The position numbers were made by a program, and so were the translations under genes. From NCBI RefSeq assembly GCF_009914755.1, contig NC_060930.1: a DNA stretch of 64,000 nt. One strand, 5' to 3'. Within the stretch, counting starts at the first letter, position 1; every line of letters begins with the position of its first letter. Shown piece by piece: positions 14,137 to 29,413 of the stretch. The notes beneath the pieces were generated by a model. That model saw nothing but the letters and a program-made list of their open reading frames with translations, was not told the origin of the DNA and searched no databases. Source of the stretch: the human T2T-CHM13v2.0 reference genome, Homo sapiens.

Positions 14137-14943
14137 CTTCTTTGAAGATACATACACAGTTAATGTTATAAGTTTTAGTTACTAAAATTCAGTCACCAGC
14201 TCACTCAATGAAGATGCGGTAAGCACGAGTCTTCACAAAGCACTCTGGCAGGAGTGTGTTGAGGGGAGAGATTTAGAAGCATATAAATTCAGATGACAAG
14301 TTAGATAAAAGGGAAAGATTTTATTTAAAGTTTATTGCATTAATCTGTTTTCATAGAGTAGTTCATGGTCAATTATTTATTTACAGGGAAAATAATATAG
14401 GAGTTCAGAGAGCAGTATCACTACAGCTTAGGGTGGTCACACTTGGTTGTTGGGAAGATGTTTTGAGGCAATCTTAAAGGATTGGTAGGGGAAACACAGG
14501 AAGGGACATCCCAAGTAAATGGGATAAGGAAAAGCTTGGAGGCAGAACATGTCAGCTCATACAGAGGAAACAGGATGTAACCAGCTTGGTTGGAGCAGAG
14601 GGTTGCTGTCAGGGAGTAGGAAGAGGTAAATATGGCAAAGGTGGTGTGAATCTAGTATGGGAGCACAGTAAATGTTATGGTAGACTAGGAGAGAACCAGT
14701 AAAATTTGAACAAGAGATCAATATGCCATCTCTATGAAAATTAAGCTGTTATGGTTGTACCAAGCCAATTGAAATGATAAGAATCTCAATATGGGAAGAC
14801 CAATTGAAATAAGAAGGGAGGAACAGGTAGAGGAGATAAGGCAGTTAAGATTAACAGTCATGTTTTGATAGTGAGAGGATAGTGAGTGATAGAGAGCAGT
14901 GCCTTTACCAGAAATGGGAAGTTCATAGGAGGCCGGTTGGGTC

Positions 14944-15357
14944 TGTATATCTCAGTCAGATTCTACCCAGTGAAGCAGAATCTGTAGGACATGTATATTA
15001 AAAGATGTGTTACAAGAAACTGCCTTATATGACTGTGAGAAGTGGCTAGGCAAGTCTCTAGGGCAGGTCATGAGAGAAGGGTACACTAGAGCTCTCAGGC
15101 ACCGGCTAAAGCTGCAGTCTGCAGGTAGATTTTCTTCTGTCAGGGAAGCCTGGACTCTGCTCTTAAGGGCTTTCCACTGATTGAATTAGGCACACTCAAA
15201 TTATCTGAAATAATCTCCCTTACTTAAAGTCAAGTGATTGTAGACTGTATTCACAGCTACAAAATACCTTCACAGCAACACCCAAATTTGCATTTGATTG
15301 AAACCCCCAATTAACTGGCAACAGTAGCCTGGCCAAGTTGACACATCAGAAAACCCC
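14944..15357. mobile_element. MLT2 (ERVL) LTR within an L2 relic
   Basis: AATCTCCCTTACTTAAAGTCAA...AAAATACCTTCACAGCAACACC...GGCCAAGTTGACACAT motifs. Confidence 0.75.
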
Positions 15358-16699
15358 AAAGTATTGTAAACACTAAGATGCTGGTAGGATTGCTAGGCGA
15401 AAGCAGCCAGAAGTCTATTGGAAATTATGATTTGCAACTCATGAAAGCTATGGAGATTAGAGATACCACCCTGGGAGTTATCCACCTGAAGAGTTAAGAA
15501 GATCTTCAGAGAGTTAAGGAGATCCTCAGAGAAGGCTGTAGAACTTCTGCATCAAAGATTAATTCTTGGAAGAAACCATTTTTAAGGGGCAGAAGAAAGA
15601 AGAGTTAAAGGGAAAAAGATTAAAGAGCTAAGAAAAGAACTAAAATAGCACATAGTCATAGTTGTTCCTCTGTTTGCTACACTTTCTCCCTGGTTTTCCA
15701 AGATTTCCAGTGGGGCAGGGAACACAGCATTGGTTCCCCTGTTTTCCACCTGTATTTGGGGTCCTTGCTACCAAAGTTTCAGAGAAAATTTGACCTGAGA
15801 AGAGGCTAGTGGTTTTATTGTGAACTTTGAAAGTACAATTTAAGTAAGATTGTTAAAAGGGTTTCCAAATCTCAGGTATTTCAAGACACAGTAGATAATA
15901 ATGAATTAGAGGTACAACTGTTATGATTACTTAGTGAAAAGACCATTCGGGACCTTTGCCCCCACAGTCATGAATGCCCTTTGCCTTTCTCATCTGTCTA
16001 GCAAGTTATATTTAACTTTCAAATTATAGTTCAAGTATCTCCTCCTCAGCAGGAAGTTCTTTAACTTACCCCAGGAGAGATGCTAACTTGATCCCCTGTC
16101 TCATCTCTCACTTAGGAATATTTTTTACTTCTGATTCTACTGAAATAGAATTGCTTATGTGGTTTCCTTCCTCCCCCACCAGGTTGTAAGTGTCTTTTAA
16201 TTTTTAATCTACAGTGCTTATAACAATACCATTTAAGTGCTGCATATATATTTGGGGAGTGAAGGTATGAATATTTGTACATGTATGGATAGCATTTAGA
16301 AAGCAGACATAAATATTTATAAGCAGCTTGTGAAAAAAGAAATTTGGGGAGTACTGGGGCTTAAAGAGTACAAATAAAGAGAATAAAGTAGAGAAGAAAA
16401 GGGAGGAAAGGAACTATATGATAGGAATGCTGCAGAGGAAGAGGAGGGATACCTTCTCCCAGTACAGAAAAGGAGGAGAGGTTTGATGTAGAGAAGAATG
16501 TAGTTGGGAGGAAGTATGGGAGAAATTTGTCTTCCCATGAAAGTTAAAGACAAACGGATATGAGAAAATCTGCCTTCTCCTAAAAATATGAGATTTTTTA
16601 TATGAAAAACTTGAAATTTTAAAATTATATTTGTCAACTCTGATCAAAAGCATTTAAAGCATTTATAACAATGAAAGCTATTCCTTTTCTCTCATATCT

Positions 16700-16762
16700 C
16701 TGTGTGTCTGTGTCTGTATGTGTATGTATGTGTGTATGTGTGCTGTGTGTGCACATGTGTGG
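16700..16762. repeat. Imperfect (TG)n microsatellite
   Basis: TGTGTGTCTGTGTCTGTATGTGTATG... Confidence 0.8.
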
Positions 16763-19443
16763 TCTGGAGGGTCTATTATGGGTGGTTCTTATGCAAATTT
16801 ATTTAATTGATATTTCACCTATGTGTGACATCCCCCCAGCCATATGCTATCATAGGATTAATTACAAGCGCTAGTAAGTCAAAATATGTCTTTGAAAAAA
16901 ATTCGTGGATTATTACTCTGGTAAAATAACAGTACTCTCCTGGAGAAACATGATTTCTGCAGATGCTAAGATGTGTAAGCAAACTGTCATCCTGTTTTTC
17001 TTTCTAGTAGAGCACTACTTTAAAGTGCTCTACTTAAAAGAGACAACTTTAATTAAGACTTGAAACTTTGTCCATATTTGAATTTTACAGTTTTATGTTT
17101 ATTTGCATATGTAGTTGAAGTGTGAAGTATACCCTGAAAAGTTGACTAACTTCTCTCCCAAGGACACCAGAAAGGTAGAAGGAATCAGGAATCAGTTGAA
17201 GGCCAGAGTTAGGAAGACAGAAATGTAGTTTGTTAGGTCACGTCCTGAAGTGCTGGCCAGCATTCAAGAGGAAGTTAAGAGGCAATGGGCAGGACCCAAC
17301 CAGTCCCTGTGTAGATAGACGAGCCCCTTAGCCATAGTTCACCTGGTGCCTTTTAAGGGGCAAAGCTTTTGGTAACTTGGAGCTAGAAGCCCTGAATGTG
17401 AGTTCTAATTCTGCCATTTACTGGCGATGATCTCAGCAAAATAATTTAACCTCTCTCATCCTTGGTTTCCTCATCCAAAAAACTGAAAATATTTATCAAA
17501 TAGTGGAATTCTTTATGAATATAATTATTCTACTCTGGGTTGCAGTCTAACCAGGAAACAGTCTAGATCATCTTGGGCTCACAGCAAGTCAGAATGTGGA
17601 GTATTAGAATAAAGGCAGCAATCTTAAAGGCTGTTTCAAAACAAGAATCTAAAATACCTGGGCCAAGGATTCTAGGCCTGTGGTTCTAGAAGCCTGTTTG
17701 AAATTTCTGGATCAGAATCAGACCTCATAATCTGTGTTGGACAGGCCATAAACATGTGTTGGTGAGAATCATGAATTTTCATGTCAATATTATATTGTGT
17801 GTGGTTTCTTGAAAGGAAAATAAAAGGTAAAAGTATCTCATTCAACAATTGAGATTGAAGATATATATTTCCATGGCATTTAACCTTTACAAAATTACCC
17901 ATCATTTCTCATCAAAATTGTTAATGTACTCCTGAGATAATTATTTTTGCCATGCTTTCTAGGGTTCCATCTTTTTAATGTTTTAAAGATTTTTTTATGT
18001 GTTTAACTTAGCAAATGGTAGGTGAAACATTAAAATCTACAAAAATGCTCTTTTTTCCTGAGATTGATTTAGAACTTGACTGCTTATTTTCTTTCCAAAA
18101 AATGTGAACTTATTGTACAGAGAAATACAGCCAAAATCAATTTACCAAGAATTTAGAGTAAACAGGGACATACAGTACTTTTCTCCCTTTTGTACCTTTG
18201 TAGGGGCAATTTGAAGGAGCATACTTAAGAATTAGGTTTGCAAACAAAATCTCCCTGTTTCTAAGAACATCGGAAAGAACTAAAAGTGGTTTCTCTGGAC
18301 TGTGTCTAATCTTCAGCGATTGGTTTGCTATTCATTGTTGGGAAACTATATATGGCTGCCGCCAGGTTGCATGACCTGTTACATAACAATTTATTGAAGC
18401 AGGGAGATGCTAAAGTCACTGGAGGTTGGACTTGGCCTGTTAAGAGTGTGAACAAATGGAGTGTAACAATGTGTGTGATTTCTGAAACAAACAATCCTGG
18501 GAATAAAGGACACAGTCCACTGCTTTCATAATAAGACAATTCTTTTTTAAACAAAATTAAAATTAAAGTTTTATCTACAGTAAAGGTCAAAGACTTAGAA
18601 GTGGAAAAATTAAGGCTCTAATTTTCATTGTGTTGGTAAGGAGCTAAGTAACCACAGGCTAAGGGTTTAACCTTACTGCACCTTGGATTCTTTGATCAGA
18701 CTTTGGATTCCGTCATTTATTTTTAAGGTTTCAATGCTAAGTTTCTGATCTGTTCTATTCTAAAATGGATCAATTTAACCCACCGATAATTTGAATTTCA
18801 GGGTTTTCAGCTCAGTGCTTATTTTTAGTACTGCTTTAGTATTGCATAAGCCAGTATTTAATATTCTTATAAATATACTCCTGCTCTAATGAAAAAGTAT
18901 CAGGTTTGTTTTTACCTTGTGAATTACAGTGTTTTCCTTCTCAGGAAGAGTTATCAATTCCACATTCATGGCCATGTTCATTCATTCCCACTTATTGAAG
19001 TGTGGCTGAACCAGAATCAAACATTTTTGTGTGTGATTAACACTGAACACACCTCCTACTCCTCAAATTATCAGGATTGTCATTGTTTATAGTCAATTTA
19101 GGACAATGCCTTGAGAGTAATAAGCAAACTGGAAAGAAGAGAGGCAGAAAGTAATTGATTCTGCTAAGGATGTCAAATTAAATTAGAGTCAGTAATACGT
19201 TATCATTCTTATCTCACATTTTGTTAACATTTTCATTCATTAAAGCTTAGACATCTGCTTAGGCACATTTTTTTTTCTCCCACAGAATCATTAAATACTG
19301 TACTTGAAGTAATTTAGTCAATTCCTTAAGATACAGTAATGCAGTTCTGAAGATTGGTAAACCTTAATCCACCAGATTTTTTCTTCACCAGTATACTTTT
19401 TATTGTATTGCATATTTCAAGTTCATGTTCATCTAATTTTTAA

Positions 19444-19788
<345 letters not shown>

Positions 19789-20209
19789 CTAAAGACCTAA
19801 TGTTTTTAATACTTCATTGTACCAATTCTCACCACCAAACCATTTCTTTTTATGTCCTAAGAGTTTTCTTTTGGTCTTCAGATACGCAACTATGTTTTGT
19901 TATTTAGTACCTATTCTAACCACAGTCAGTGGAAAAGCAACCAGTCAGCAGTTTCCCAAAACCCTTAGGGCACACAGGCTCTAATTAAGTTTTTATGCAT
20001 AAGTTATATTCTTCCCAGTCATGGAATGATTCTTCATTGGTGTCACACAACCTGCCCTCAAATTACTACCAAGGCCTGTGTGGCCAGGCCTCAAATTAGC
20101 ACAATTTACATTATTTGCCTATTTTCTCTCTTGTCATATCCATACTTTGAGCTAGAGTAGATCTCAGTGCCAGTCTGAAATGAAGTGGTCAGAGTATTTT
20201 GCGTTAAAA

Positions 20210-20737
20210 CAGCAGTCAGCAACCTTTTTGGCACAAAACCAGGGACCAGTTTTGTGGAAGACAATTTTTCCATGGACCAGGGGGTAAAGGGGGAGGATGA
20301 TTTCAGGATGATTAAAGTGCATTACTTTTATTATGCCCTTTATTTCTATTATTATTACATTGCAATATATAATGAAATAATTATACAACTCACCATAATG
20401 TAGAATCAGTGGGAGCCCTGAGCTTGTTTTCCTACAACTAAACAGTCCCATCTGGGGGTGATGGGAGAGAGTGACAGATCAGGTATTAGATTCTCAAAAA
20501 GAATGCACAACCTAGATGCCTCAGATGCACAGTTCACAATAGGGTTCATTCTCTTATGAGAATCTAACGCTGCCTCTGAGCTGTCAGGAGGCGGAGCTCA
20601 GGCAGTAATGCAAACAATGGGGAGCAGCTGTAAATACAGATGAAGCTTCGCCCACTACTCACCTCCTGCTGTGCAGCCTGCTTCCCAACAGGCCACAGAC
20701 TGGTACCAGTCCATGACCCTGAGGTTGGGGACCCCTG
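20210..20737. mobile_element. MER1A (hAT-Charlie) DNA transposon
   Basis: CAGCAGTC...AACCTTTTTGGCAC to GAGGTTGGGGACCCCTG, ~528 bp; near-duplicated 8-bp flanks CGTTAAAA / CTTTAAAA. Confidence 0.85.
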
Positions 20738-22047
20738 CTTTAAAAGGACTAGCCAGTCAGAATCACATTGTGCTGATGGCCACCCTCACTCTCATGAGCT
20801 CTTTGCCTCATCAAGTTTAGCGTTTCTGATTTTCTCTTGGCCTCTCTAATTAATTGATTTTTATCTCTCTTCTTACATTTTACAGAATTTCTCCTGTATT
20901 TACTAATAACTCGTTCTATACCTACTAAATAATCTTGATACTTTTTTTCTCCTCTAAAAGCATAAATTACCTTTCTGATCACTCAGTAAATATATAACTT
21001 TTTTTTTAAGTTTTCATTACATTTCCTCTAGAATAGGTATGTCAGCTGGATGTTAGAAATTACACTGATGAACTAACTTGTACCAGCCACATGTAGTTAG
21101 TTATCATAAATCCAAATAAGCCTCCAATTATGATATAACTAAACAGAGTGAAACATTTCTAGATGATAATATTTTGGGAGAGTGCAGCTACCTTGAGTAG
21201 TTATTGCTTTTCACAGTTGAATTTGCTTTTTCTATGATGACAGAATCTCCTAGAGTTGTATGCAGGTACTTCTGGAGGGAGTGGGGCAAGGTTTGGGTAC
21301 ACAAGGGACCCAAACCTGGATTGGATTTGGATTGCTTTGTAACTAAGATATGGCCTGTAGGGGATCTCTGCAGTTTTTGCTGGCTTGCTCCTTGGGAGCT
21401 TACTGGTGAAAATGTTTGTAATCTTTGCCTACTGAATTATCTGCCAATAAAATTCCAAATTTCCCTTTTAATAAAATGGAAATGGAATATTTTTAAGTTA
21501 GCAGTGGTAAATATCTCTGACCACATTCTTGCCTCTTGGTTTTATAAATGCAAGAGAAAAGAGATGGTTTCTGGTACATCTGAATTTACTTTTTCATGAA
21601 AATTCTGAAGTTAGAAAAAAGACTATATGATTTCCAATAAGTTTTGGAGGGACTGACCCTAGCACCCCAATTTTCTTTTAATCTCTTCTTAAATCAAATC
21701 TTTGTAAATAATGCTTTCACATTCTATTAAAAATGTATAGAGAAATATTCACCCAATTATGTGAGGATCGTAAACCAGTCATTACAATATGTGCTAGCAT
21801 ACCCTTGTTTTAGTCTGTGAAGTGTAAGTTTTGCTACCCTAAACCTCTGACTACCCTGCTGTCATCCTGCCTCACTTCCATGAGGAATATTTTGTCTGGG
21901 TCTATAGATTTTCCCAGTCCCCGGTGTGTTAATGTGAGAATTGAGTCTCCAGTAAGAGCTGTTACTCTTCCACATCTGCTCCTTTCCTTGTAGGCCCCCA
22001 AGTCTTCTGAACTAAGGAGAGAAAAAAACTCTATAAAAAAGAAGAAG

Positions 22048-22337
22048 GGCTGGGCTCCGTGGCTCATTCCTGTAATCCCAGCACTGGGGGAGGCCGAGGC
22101 AGGCAGATATCGGGAGCTCAAGACCAGCCTGGGCAACATGATGAAACCCTGTCTCTACAAAATCATACAAAAATTAGCTGGGCGTAGTGTTGCATGCCTG
22201 TAGTCCCAGCTCCTTGGGAGACTAAGGTGGAAGGATGACTAGAGCCCAGGAGGCAGAGGTTGCAGTGAGCCAAAATCACATCATTGCACTCCAGCCTGGG
22301 TGACAGAGAGAGACTCTGTCTCAAAAAAAAAAAAAAA
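22048..22337 (+). mobile_element. Alu (AluJ-like)
   Basis: Diverged dimeric Alu with poly-A tail. Confidence 0.93.
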
Positions 22338-24122
22338 GAGAATCAGATTTTGCTACTCATATAAGATTTCCCTGGGTTTTTAATCACAGAAATTTATCAC
22401 AGGTTTTTCAGAGTCTGACCAAAACTCCAAACAAAATTATGCAACAGACTTGTTCTAATGATAGTTCCTTCAAATGGATCAAAATAAAGGATTCATTGTT
22501 TACGAAGCATGGGACAGTTTTACGCTTGAGAGATTCTAGGCTTACTGGAGGCCCTGAGCAATAAATGGAAGTACACATTCATATATGCCATTTAAAAGTT
22601 ATAAACCAAACTAACAAAATGCCAAATAAAAGGTCTTTTAGTCTCCTTCCTTGACAAAAATATCTTTTTAATGACCAAGGAGGTCACATTTCAATTTAGA
22701 ATTCTCAGGCTCTCCAGAGTTCTGTGCTTGGGCTTGGCTTACCCCACCTCCTGCTGAAACCTGTCACCCACCTTCTTCTGTTCCCAAACCTTGGCTCCGT
22801 CCTGTACCTTGAGTGTCCTTGCGCACGTGTTCAAGCTGTGTCCACTGCCACTTGGAATTTAGGGTGTGCACACTGCTGATACTATCCATCCTCAGGAGAG
22901 TAAACCCTAGAAAGACATCTGGGCTAGCTCTGGGATTGGATGCAGGGCCATTGAGGCAGGAAATTCTAGGATTCCATGGATCTGAAGGTTAGTTCAGAAG
23001 GGAACATGGGCTCTGAGTGGGCATGGACTCTGGGTGGGCACATCCTCTTGGCCCCCTCTTGGTCTATGGGACAGGGAAGGCTATATGCTATGTGAAGAGG
23101 TAAGATAAGAAGAGGGCAGAGCAAGACCCTTGAAAGCAAGAACAGAGTAGGGCCCCAAGCAGAGGTTTGAAGGCCAAACTGATACTATCTTTTCATAGTG
23201 TCTTGAACATAATATATTCTTATAAACTGCCTGTATTGATTAACTAACTCACTGATTCCATCTTTGTGAATTTTTATTTTATATATACAGACATATATTC
23301 ATCTTGTTCTTAGGAAATCATGGCCAATCCTGATATGATCAATGTATACAACTAAAAGATGTAAAGGAATCAAAATTCCTCTTTACACAAACTTTGCCTT
23401 TAGGAGATCATCAAACTTATTTTATTCTTTCCTTGTAACATTTAACTACTTCATATGAACGATATTAATGTTGACTTCTCAGTAATGGTCGTGTAAGTTG
23501 TTCTAAGTGTTTACCTCACCCATCCTTACAAAAGTATACTTACACATGCTGTCTGCCTCTCCATTGTGAATTGGGAAAATCATAAGCACTCAAGAATAAA
23601 TAAATACCTGCTCTGCTGTTGTTTCAAGGTACATTGAGTCCCCCAACAGGAAACTGCCCAATTATCCCTTATCACCCTACCATTTAGAGTACCTGATGCT
23701 GTGATTTTGATTTTCAGTGTGGGGGCTTCTTTAGTGATAACTAATTACATATGCCACATCTCTCCTAGATCAATTGTACTTCTGTTTCAGGTTTTCTCAA
23801 GAATTGCTGCCTATCTCTTTAAGTTGCCCTGCTGGGTCTCCCAACAGGAATTTCACAATACTGCATAGCTTCTATTCTAAATCAAACCACCCCAATTTTG
23901 ATGAAAATCCATCTAATTTATTTTGTGGAATGTGGTAAGAAGTACAGAGAATCTATTCCATTTTACAGAATATAGAAAACACTTTTTCTTAATTTTCTTT
24001 GTGACCTAAAACCCTCTCTTCTATCTATAACTTGTGCAGTACAGTCATTTCCACACAATAATTAAGAACTTCATACATGTGTGTTTGTTTCAGAATATTA
24101 AACTATTAGAAAAGGACACCTC

Positions 24123-24433
24123 AGGGCAGGTGTAGTGGCTTATGCCTGTAATCCCAGCACTTTGGGAGGCCAAGGCGGGTGGATCACCTGAGGTCAGGAG
24201 TTCACGACCAGCCTGGCCAACATGGCAAAATTCTGTCTCTACTAAAATAATAATAATAATAGTAATTAGCCAGGCGTGGTGGCAGGTGCCTATAATCCCA
24301 GCTATTCAGGAGGCTGAGGCAGAAGAATCGCTTAAACCTGGGGGATGGAGGTTGCAGTGAGCCGAGATCATGCCACTTCACTCCAGCCTGGGCGACAGAG
24401 TGAGACGCCGTCTCAAAAGACAAGAAAAGAAAA
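24123..24433 (+). mobile_element. Alu (AluSx-like) with (TAA)n-expanded linker
   Basis: 15-bp target-site duplication AGAAAAGGACACCTC (24108-24122 and 24434-24448). Confidence 0.96.
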
Positions 24434-25229
24434 AGAAAAGGACACCTCTGTTTATTGTACCCTGTGGGGTGCCATGAGGGTATTTAATAAACGGTGTTTA
24501 TTGCTAGAATCTTCCCCTCTAACCCAATATTCTCTGAGACTTTGTGGGGAAGAAAAATTTCCATTAACTCTCTTATTAGAAGAGGAGCCTTATTCTTCCA
24601 GACATGAAACTGTAGAGGACTAAAATGTTCTATCTGAAGCTACAGAACTGAGAGTATTCTTTATTATTCCTAAAACTAATTTTATTATTTCAAAAATCCA
24701 CACTGGGTTTGATTTAGAATATTATCTTCTGTGGTACACGATAGGGTGCTGTAACAAGGCACACACAGATAGTGTTTAATCAAGACTCTTACATAATAGT
24801 CCCAGTGGTCATCCCAGTCTGGGCTGTTATGGCGACTCCTTTATGTCAGAGGACTAGGCTTCGCCAGCTTCATCAAATTCTCCTATCCTAGACCCAAAGT
24901 AGCTGCTCTAGCTCCCACCATCATGTCCCCATGCCTTCAAGAGCAGAGGAGGGAAGGGAAATGTGGTCAGTCCTTAACTTAGAAGATAGGAAGTTTACCA
25001 GTAAAACAAATGGTGAGAATGAATAGATATTGGGGGCACATGTAATTATCTGTGACATGTTGCAGCTTAATTTTACGGCATTCTAAATAGCATTTGGAAT
25101 TAAATGTGAGGCCCGGAAAGAACATGTGCTTTGAATGGAGCAAGGAGAATTGGCATTATTCTACTTGAAGATGTAATCTGTGCAGAATACTTTGAGATCT
25201 TATTCTGTAACAATAGATAACTTTAAATA

Positions 25230-25440
25230 GGTTCCAGGCACTTTCCTGAGTGCTTTACATGAATTATCTCGTTTAATACTCAACCCTATGAGCTAGGTAT
25301 TTTGATTCCCCCATTTCATAGATGAGGAAACTAAGGTGTAAAAGGCTCAGTAGGCTGCCTGCAGGCACAGAACTAGTAAGTGGTAGAGCTGGTACTTGAA
25401 TCCAGGCATTCTGAGTCCAGAGTTGCCCCTCAAACCACTT
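25230..25440. mobile_element. MIR
   Basis: CCCATTTCATAGATGAGGAAACTAAGG core. Confidence 0.8.
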
Positions 25441-25539
25441 CTGGTCCAGGCTCCACTTGGAATATTAGTCTGCCTGTTGAGATTGGATAGGAGGAAAGAT
25501 TCCCCAAAACCTTGAGTTTAAATAAAAGTTTTTAAAAAT

Positions 25540-25972
25540 ATATATTCACAATAGCAAAGACTTGGAACCAACCCAAATGCCCATCAATGATAGACTGGAT
25601 TAAGAAAATATGGCACATATACACCATGGAATACTTGCAGCCATATAAAAGGATGAGTTCATGTCCTTTGTAGGGACATGGATGAAGCTGGAAACCATCA
25701 TTCTAAGCAAACTATCGCAAGGATAGAAAACCAAACACCGCATGTTCTCACTCATAGGTGGGAATTGAACAATGGGAACACTTGGACACAGGGTGGGGAA
25801 CGTCACACACCGGGGTTTGTCGTGGGGTGGAAGGATGGGGGAGGGATAGCATTAGGAGGAATACCTAATGTAAATGATGAGTTAATGGGTGCAGCACACC
25901 AACATGGCACATGTATACATATGTAACAAACCTGCATGTTGTGTACATGTACCCTAGAACTTAAAGTATAAT
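25540..25972 (+). mobile_element. L1PA 3' end (5'-truncated)
   Basis: TTCACAATAGCAAAGACTTGGAACCAACCC...CCTAGAACTTAAAGTATAAT (end of ORF2 plus 3' UTR). Confidence 0.95.
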
Positions 25973-26277
25973 ATATATGTATATGAAACAATGCAATAAA
26001 GCATTTGCTTCTTTCTAGGCTTCAACCTGAAGTATTACTTTATTATTATAGTCAGGGTGGTAGACAGTAAGGAGATATTCTAGGTTTATGCTTAGTAAAT
26101 GAAATCCAGCTTCATCTGAGGTATTAACTTAGACCAAAGAAGAGTAAAGAAAACGAATGTGAAGTAAATGTGCTATTTTTACTACTACTGAGCAAATAAA
26201 ATCTGAGCCTTTATCTTCCTGTTGTCAAGAGTTGTTAATAAATGATTTCAGTATACTCGTGTAATACTTCAGATTAC

Positions 26278-26407
26278 TTTTTTTTAAAATTGAGATAGGG
26301 TCTCTCTGTGTTGCCCAGACTGGTCTTGAACTCCCAGACTCAAGCAATCCTCCCACGTCGGCCTTCCAAAGTGCTGGGATTACAGGCATAAGCCACCATG
26401 CCTGGCC
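26278..26407 (-). mobile_element. Alu monomer (FLAM-type)
   Basis: Single left-arm Alu in reverse orientation with a T-tail. Confidence 0.88.
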
Positions 26408-26579
26408 TTCGGACCACTTCTTATTTAAGGCAACCTGAAAAACAAGTCCATTCCAGTATTTGGGGCTTAATCTCATCCTCAGACAATTTAGGTGATTATT
26501 TATCCCCACATGCTTAAAGTATCTCAATCATCACAATTATTAAATAACATGATAAAATAATAAAATCCACTCCCTAAAT

Positions 26580-26983
26580 GTGTTTATTTACTAGGGCTGC
26601 TGTAACAAAATGCCATAGACTGGATGGCTTAAAGAGCAGATATTTATTTTCTTAACATTCGAGAGGTCAAAAGCTCATGATCGATGTGTCAGCAGGTTTG
26701 GTTTCTTCTGAGGCTCTCTCCTTGGCTTGCTGTTGGCCACCATTTTGTTGCGTCTTCCTAGGGTGGTCCCTCTTGTGCCGGTGGCCCCTGGTGTCTCTGT
26801 GAGGCCTGATCTCCAGCTCTTATAAGAACACCAGTCAAATTGGATTAGGGTCAACTTTAATGATCTCGTTCTAACTTAATCACTGCTTTAAAAGGCCTTT
26901 TCTACAACTACAGTCACATTCTGAGGTACAGTGGTTAGGGCTTCAACATGTGTTTTAGAGGGACATAATTTAGCTCCTAACAC
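26580..26983. mobile_element. MLT1A-type LTR
   Basis: AGGGCTGCTGTAACAAAATGCCATAGACTGG...CAGTCACATTCTGAGGTAC. Confidence 0.85.
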
Positions 26984-29018
26984 TAGAAATACTTTGGAAA
27001 CATTGAAGCTGTGAAATCAAACAATTTACACGAGTGAGAAGTTCAGCATTTGGATGTTTCCCGCTCTCTTATCTGGCTTTAGCCAAAATAAGAGGTAGTA
27101 CAGATGGTATGTTTCAGTGTATACAAATCTCTTTACTTAAATATTTTTGGGCAGCCTTATTAAGTTTAATATGAAGATTATTTAAAACATACGAAAAGCC
27201 ATGTTGAACTTGCTATTGTTTATACTTTCAATAGCTCAGCGAATGGAAAAAACAAAGTTATGTTAGCTAACATTTTGCTGAAAATGTAAGTGTAACTGAG
27301 TGATTTAAGTAGATCTGACAGGCAAGGCTTTATAGTCAATCATAGCAATACCAGGTTTTTAATGAAAGAATAGCTATTAGCCATGGAAGAGCTGAAAATA
27401 AAAATAAAGGTCAATGTTCGAACAGATGAATCCTTTTCTGAAGTAGTATCTGTAAATAACTTAAAGTACATTGTAACAAAATAAAACATTTTATATCTTT
27501 TGGGTTAGGGAAATGCAATAAAAGTGGATAAGTACATCACTAGGAAAGATTTGAAATATTCTCTTGAAGGAAAATATCATCAAAAGAATGATTCCATCTA
27601 TCTCACAAAAATACTCAGAATGATACTGTTTTTAGTTTCTTGACCACTGTATTCTTTCATTAGAAATATCTTTGGAAAATGGGAAAATGGAAGGAAAATA
27701 GTGGAGTTTATGACTGATAGGATTAACCTGGAGAATAAGTGAGAGAAAATGAGGAAAACAATGAAAGCCAAAGAACCTTGTGCCATTTTCTAAAAATAAT
27801 CCTCCAACCTATGAAATTTTTACAAGTTGTACTTATCTGGCTTAGGATAAAATATATTCAAAAACCTTGGCACAACACAAAAGGAACATTTGTGTTTATT
27901 TGCTTAAATACTAAAGAAAATGATGGCACTATTAGGGAAGACTAATAAAAAATTCCAACTATATGGTTACCACACATTGGAAGCATCTGACATCAACAAA
28001 GGAGAGCTGCTGCATATTTTCTTTTAAATAATAATTGTTGGAGATAGATGACAATATTACTATATTATATTGCATGTAATACAAACTACACACAATTGTA
28101 TATGGGTAAAATTGTATAAGGAAGACCAGGACCTTGAGATTATTAAGGATAGCATTAATAACACTACAACATCAGTTCAAATGATATGTCACTGTGCACC
28201 CTGAGGGCCTTAGATAAAAGACCCTCCAGTGTTTACTTCTCTGGCTTCACACCTCACTATCTTCAATCACCATTAAATTAACTCTGGTGATTCAGGAAAT
28301 GTAGTTAACTCGAGGGACCATACTCTTTCTCTTCAGGACCTTTACCTATGCTGCTCTCCTGGCTTGAAATACAACTATACAATTCCCTTCCACCCTGCCT
28401 CCATCCGTCCTCTACCTCTACACAGAGTTAAAATTTCCTGTGAAAATCTCTTAAATAGCAATCTACAGTCTCTCAATAAGTCCAATACTGTCTGCTTTTA
28501 CACAGTTTGACTACATTGGTGCTGTTTTGTTTAAATCCAGATAAAGCCATTGGCTTGCTTTTAGGCAGCCTTTTTTTAGAAATCTTCATAAACACAAGAA
28601 TTATCTTGAGGAACTGAAACAAAGAAGAAGATTTGCATTTCTCAGCTCATGATCTCTCCAGTTTACATGCTCATTAAGTGGCATTGCAAGCTGCGACTCA
28701 CACTCACTGCTTGAATTATTCTCTCCCCTTCTCTTCTTCTCTTCATATCATTGAATTTACATAACATAAATACATAAAGTTAAATACATATAAAATAAAC
28801 CCACTGCACAGCACTTATACCACATCACAATGAGACTTTTACTTGTCTATGTCTCCTTCTAGACTATGAAATGGTTGATGGGTTTCTTTCCTTTTCACAC
28901 TTACATATACAGTATTGGGGCACAAAGCACTAAGGAAATAGTTTGTTGAATGACTAAAGGACAAAATGAACAAGTATAATATACTAACCACAACAATTTT
29001 TTTTAAACTGAATTTTCA

Positions 29019-29413
<395 letters not shown>

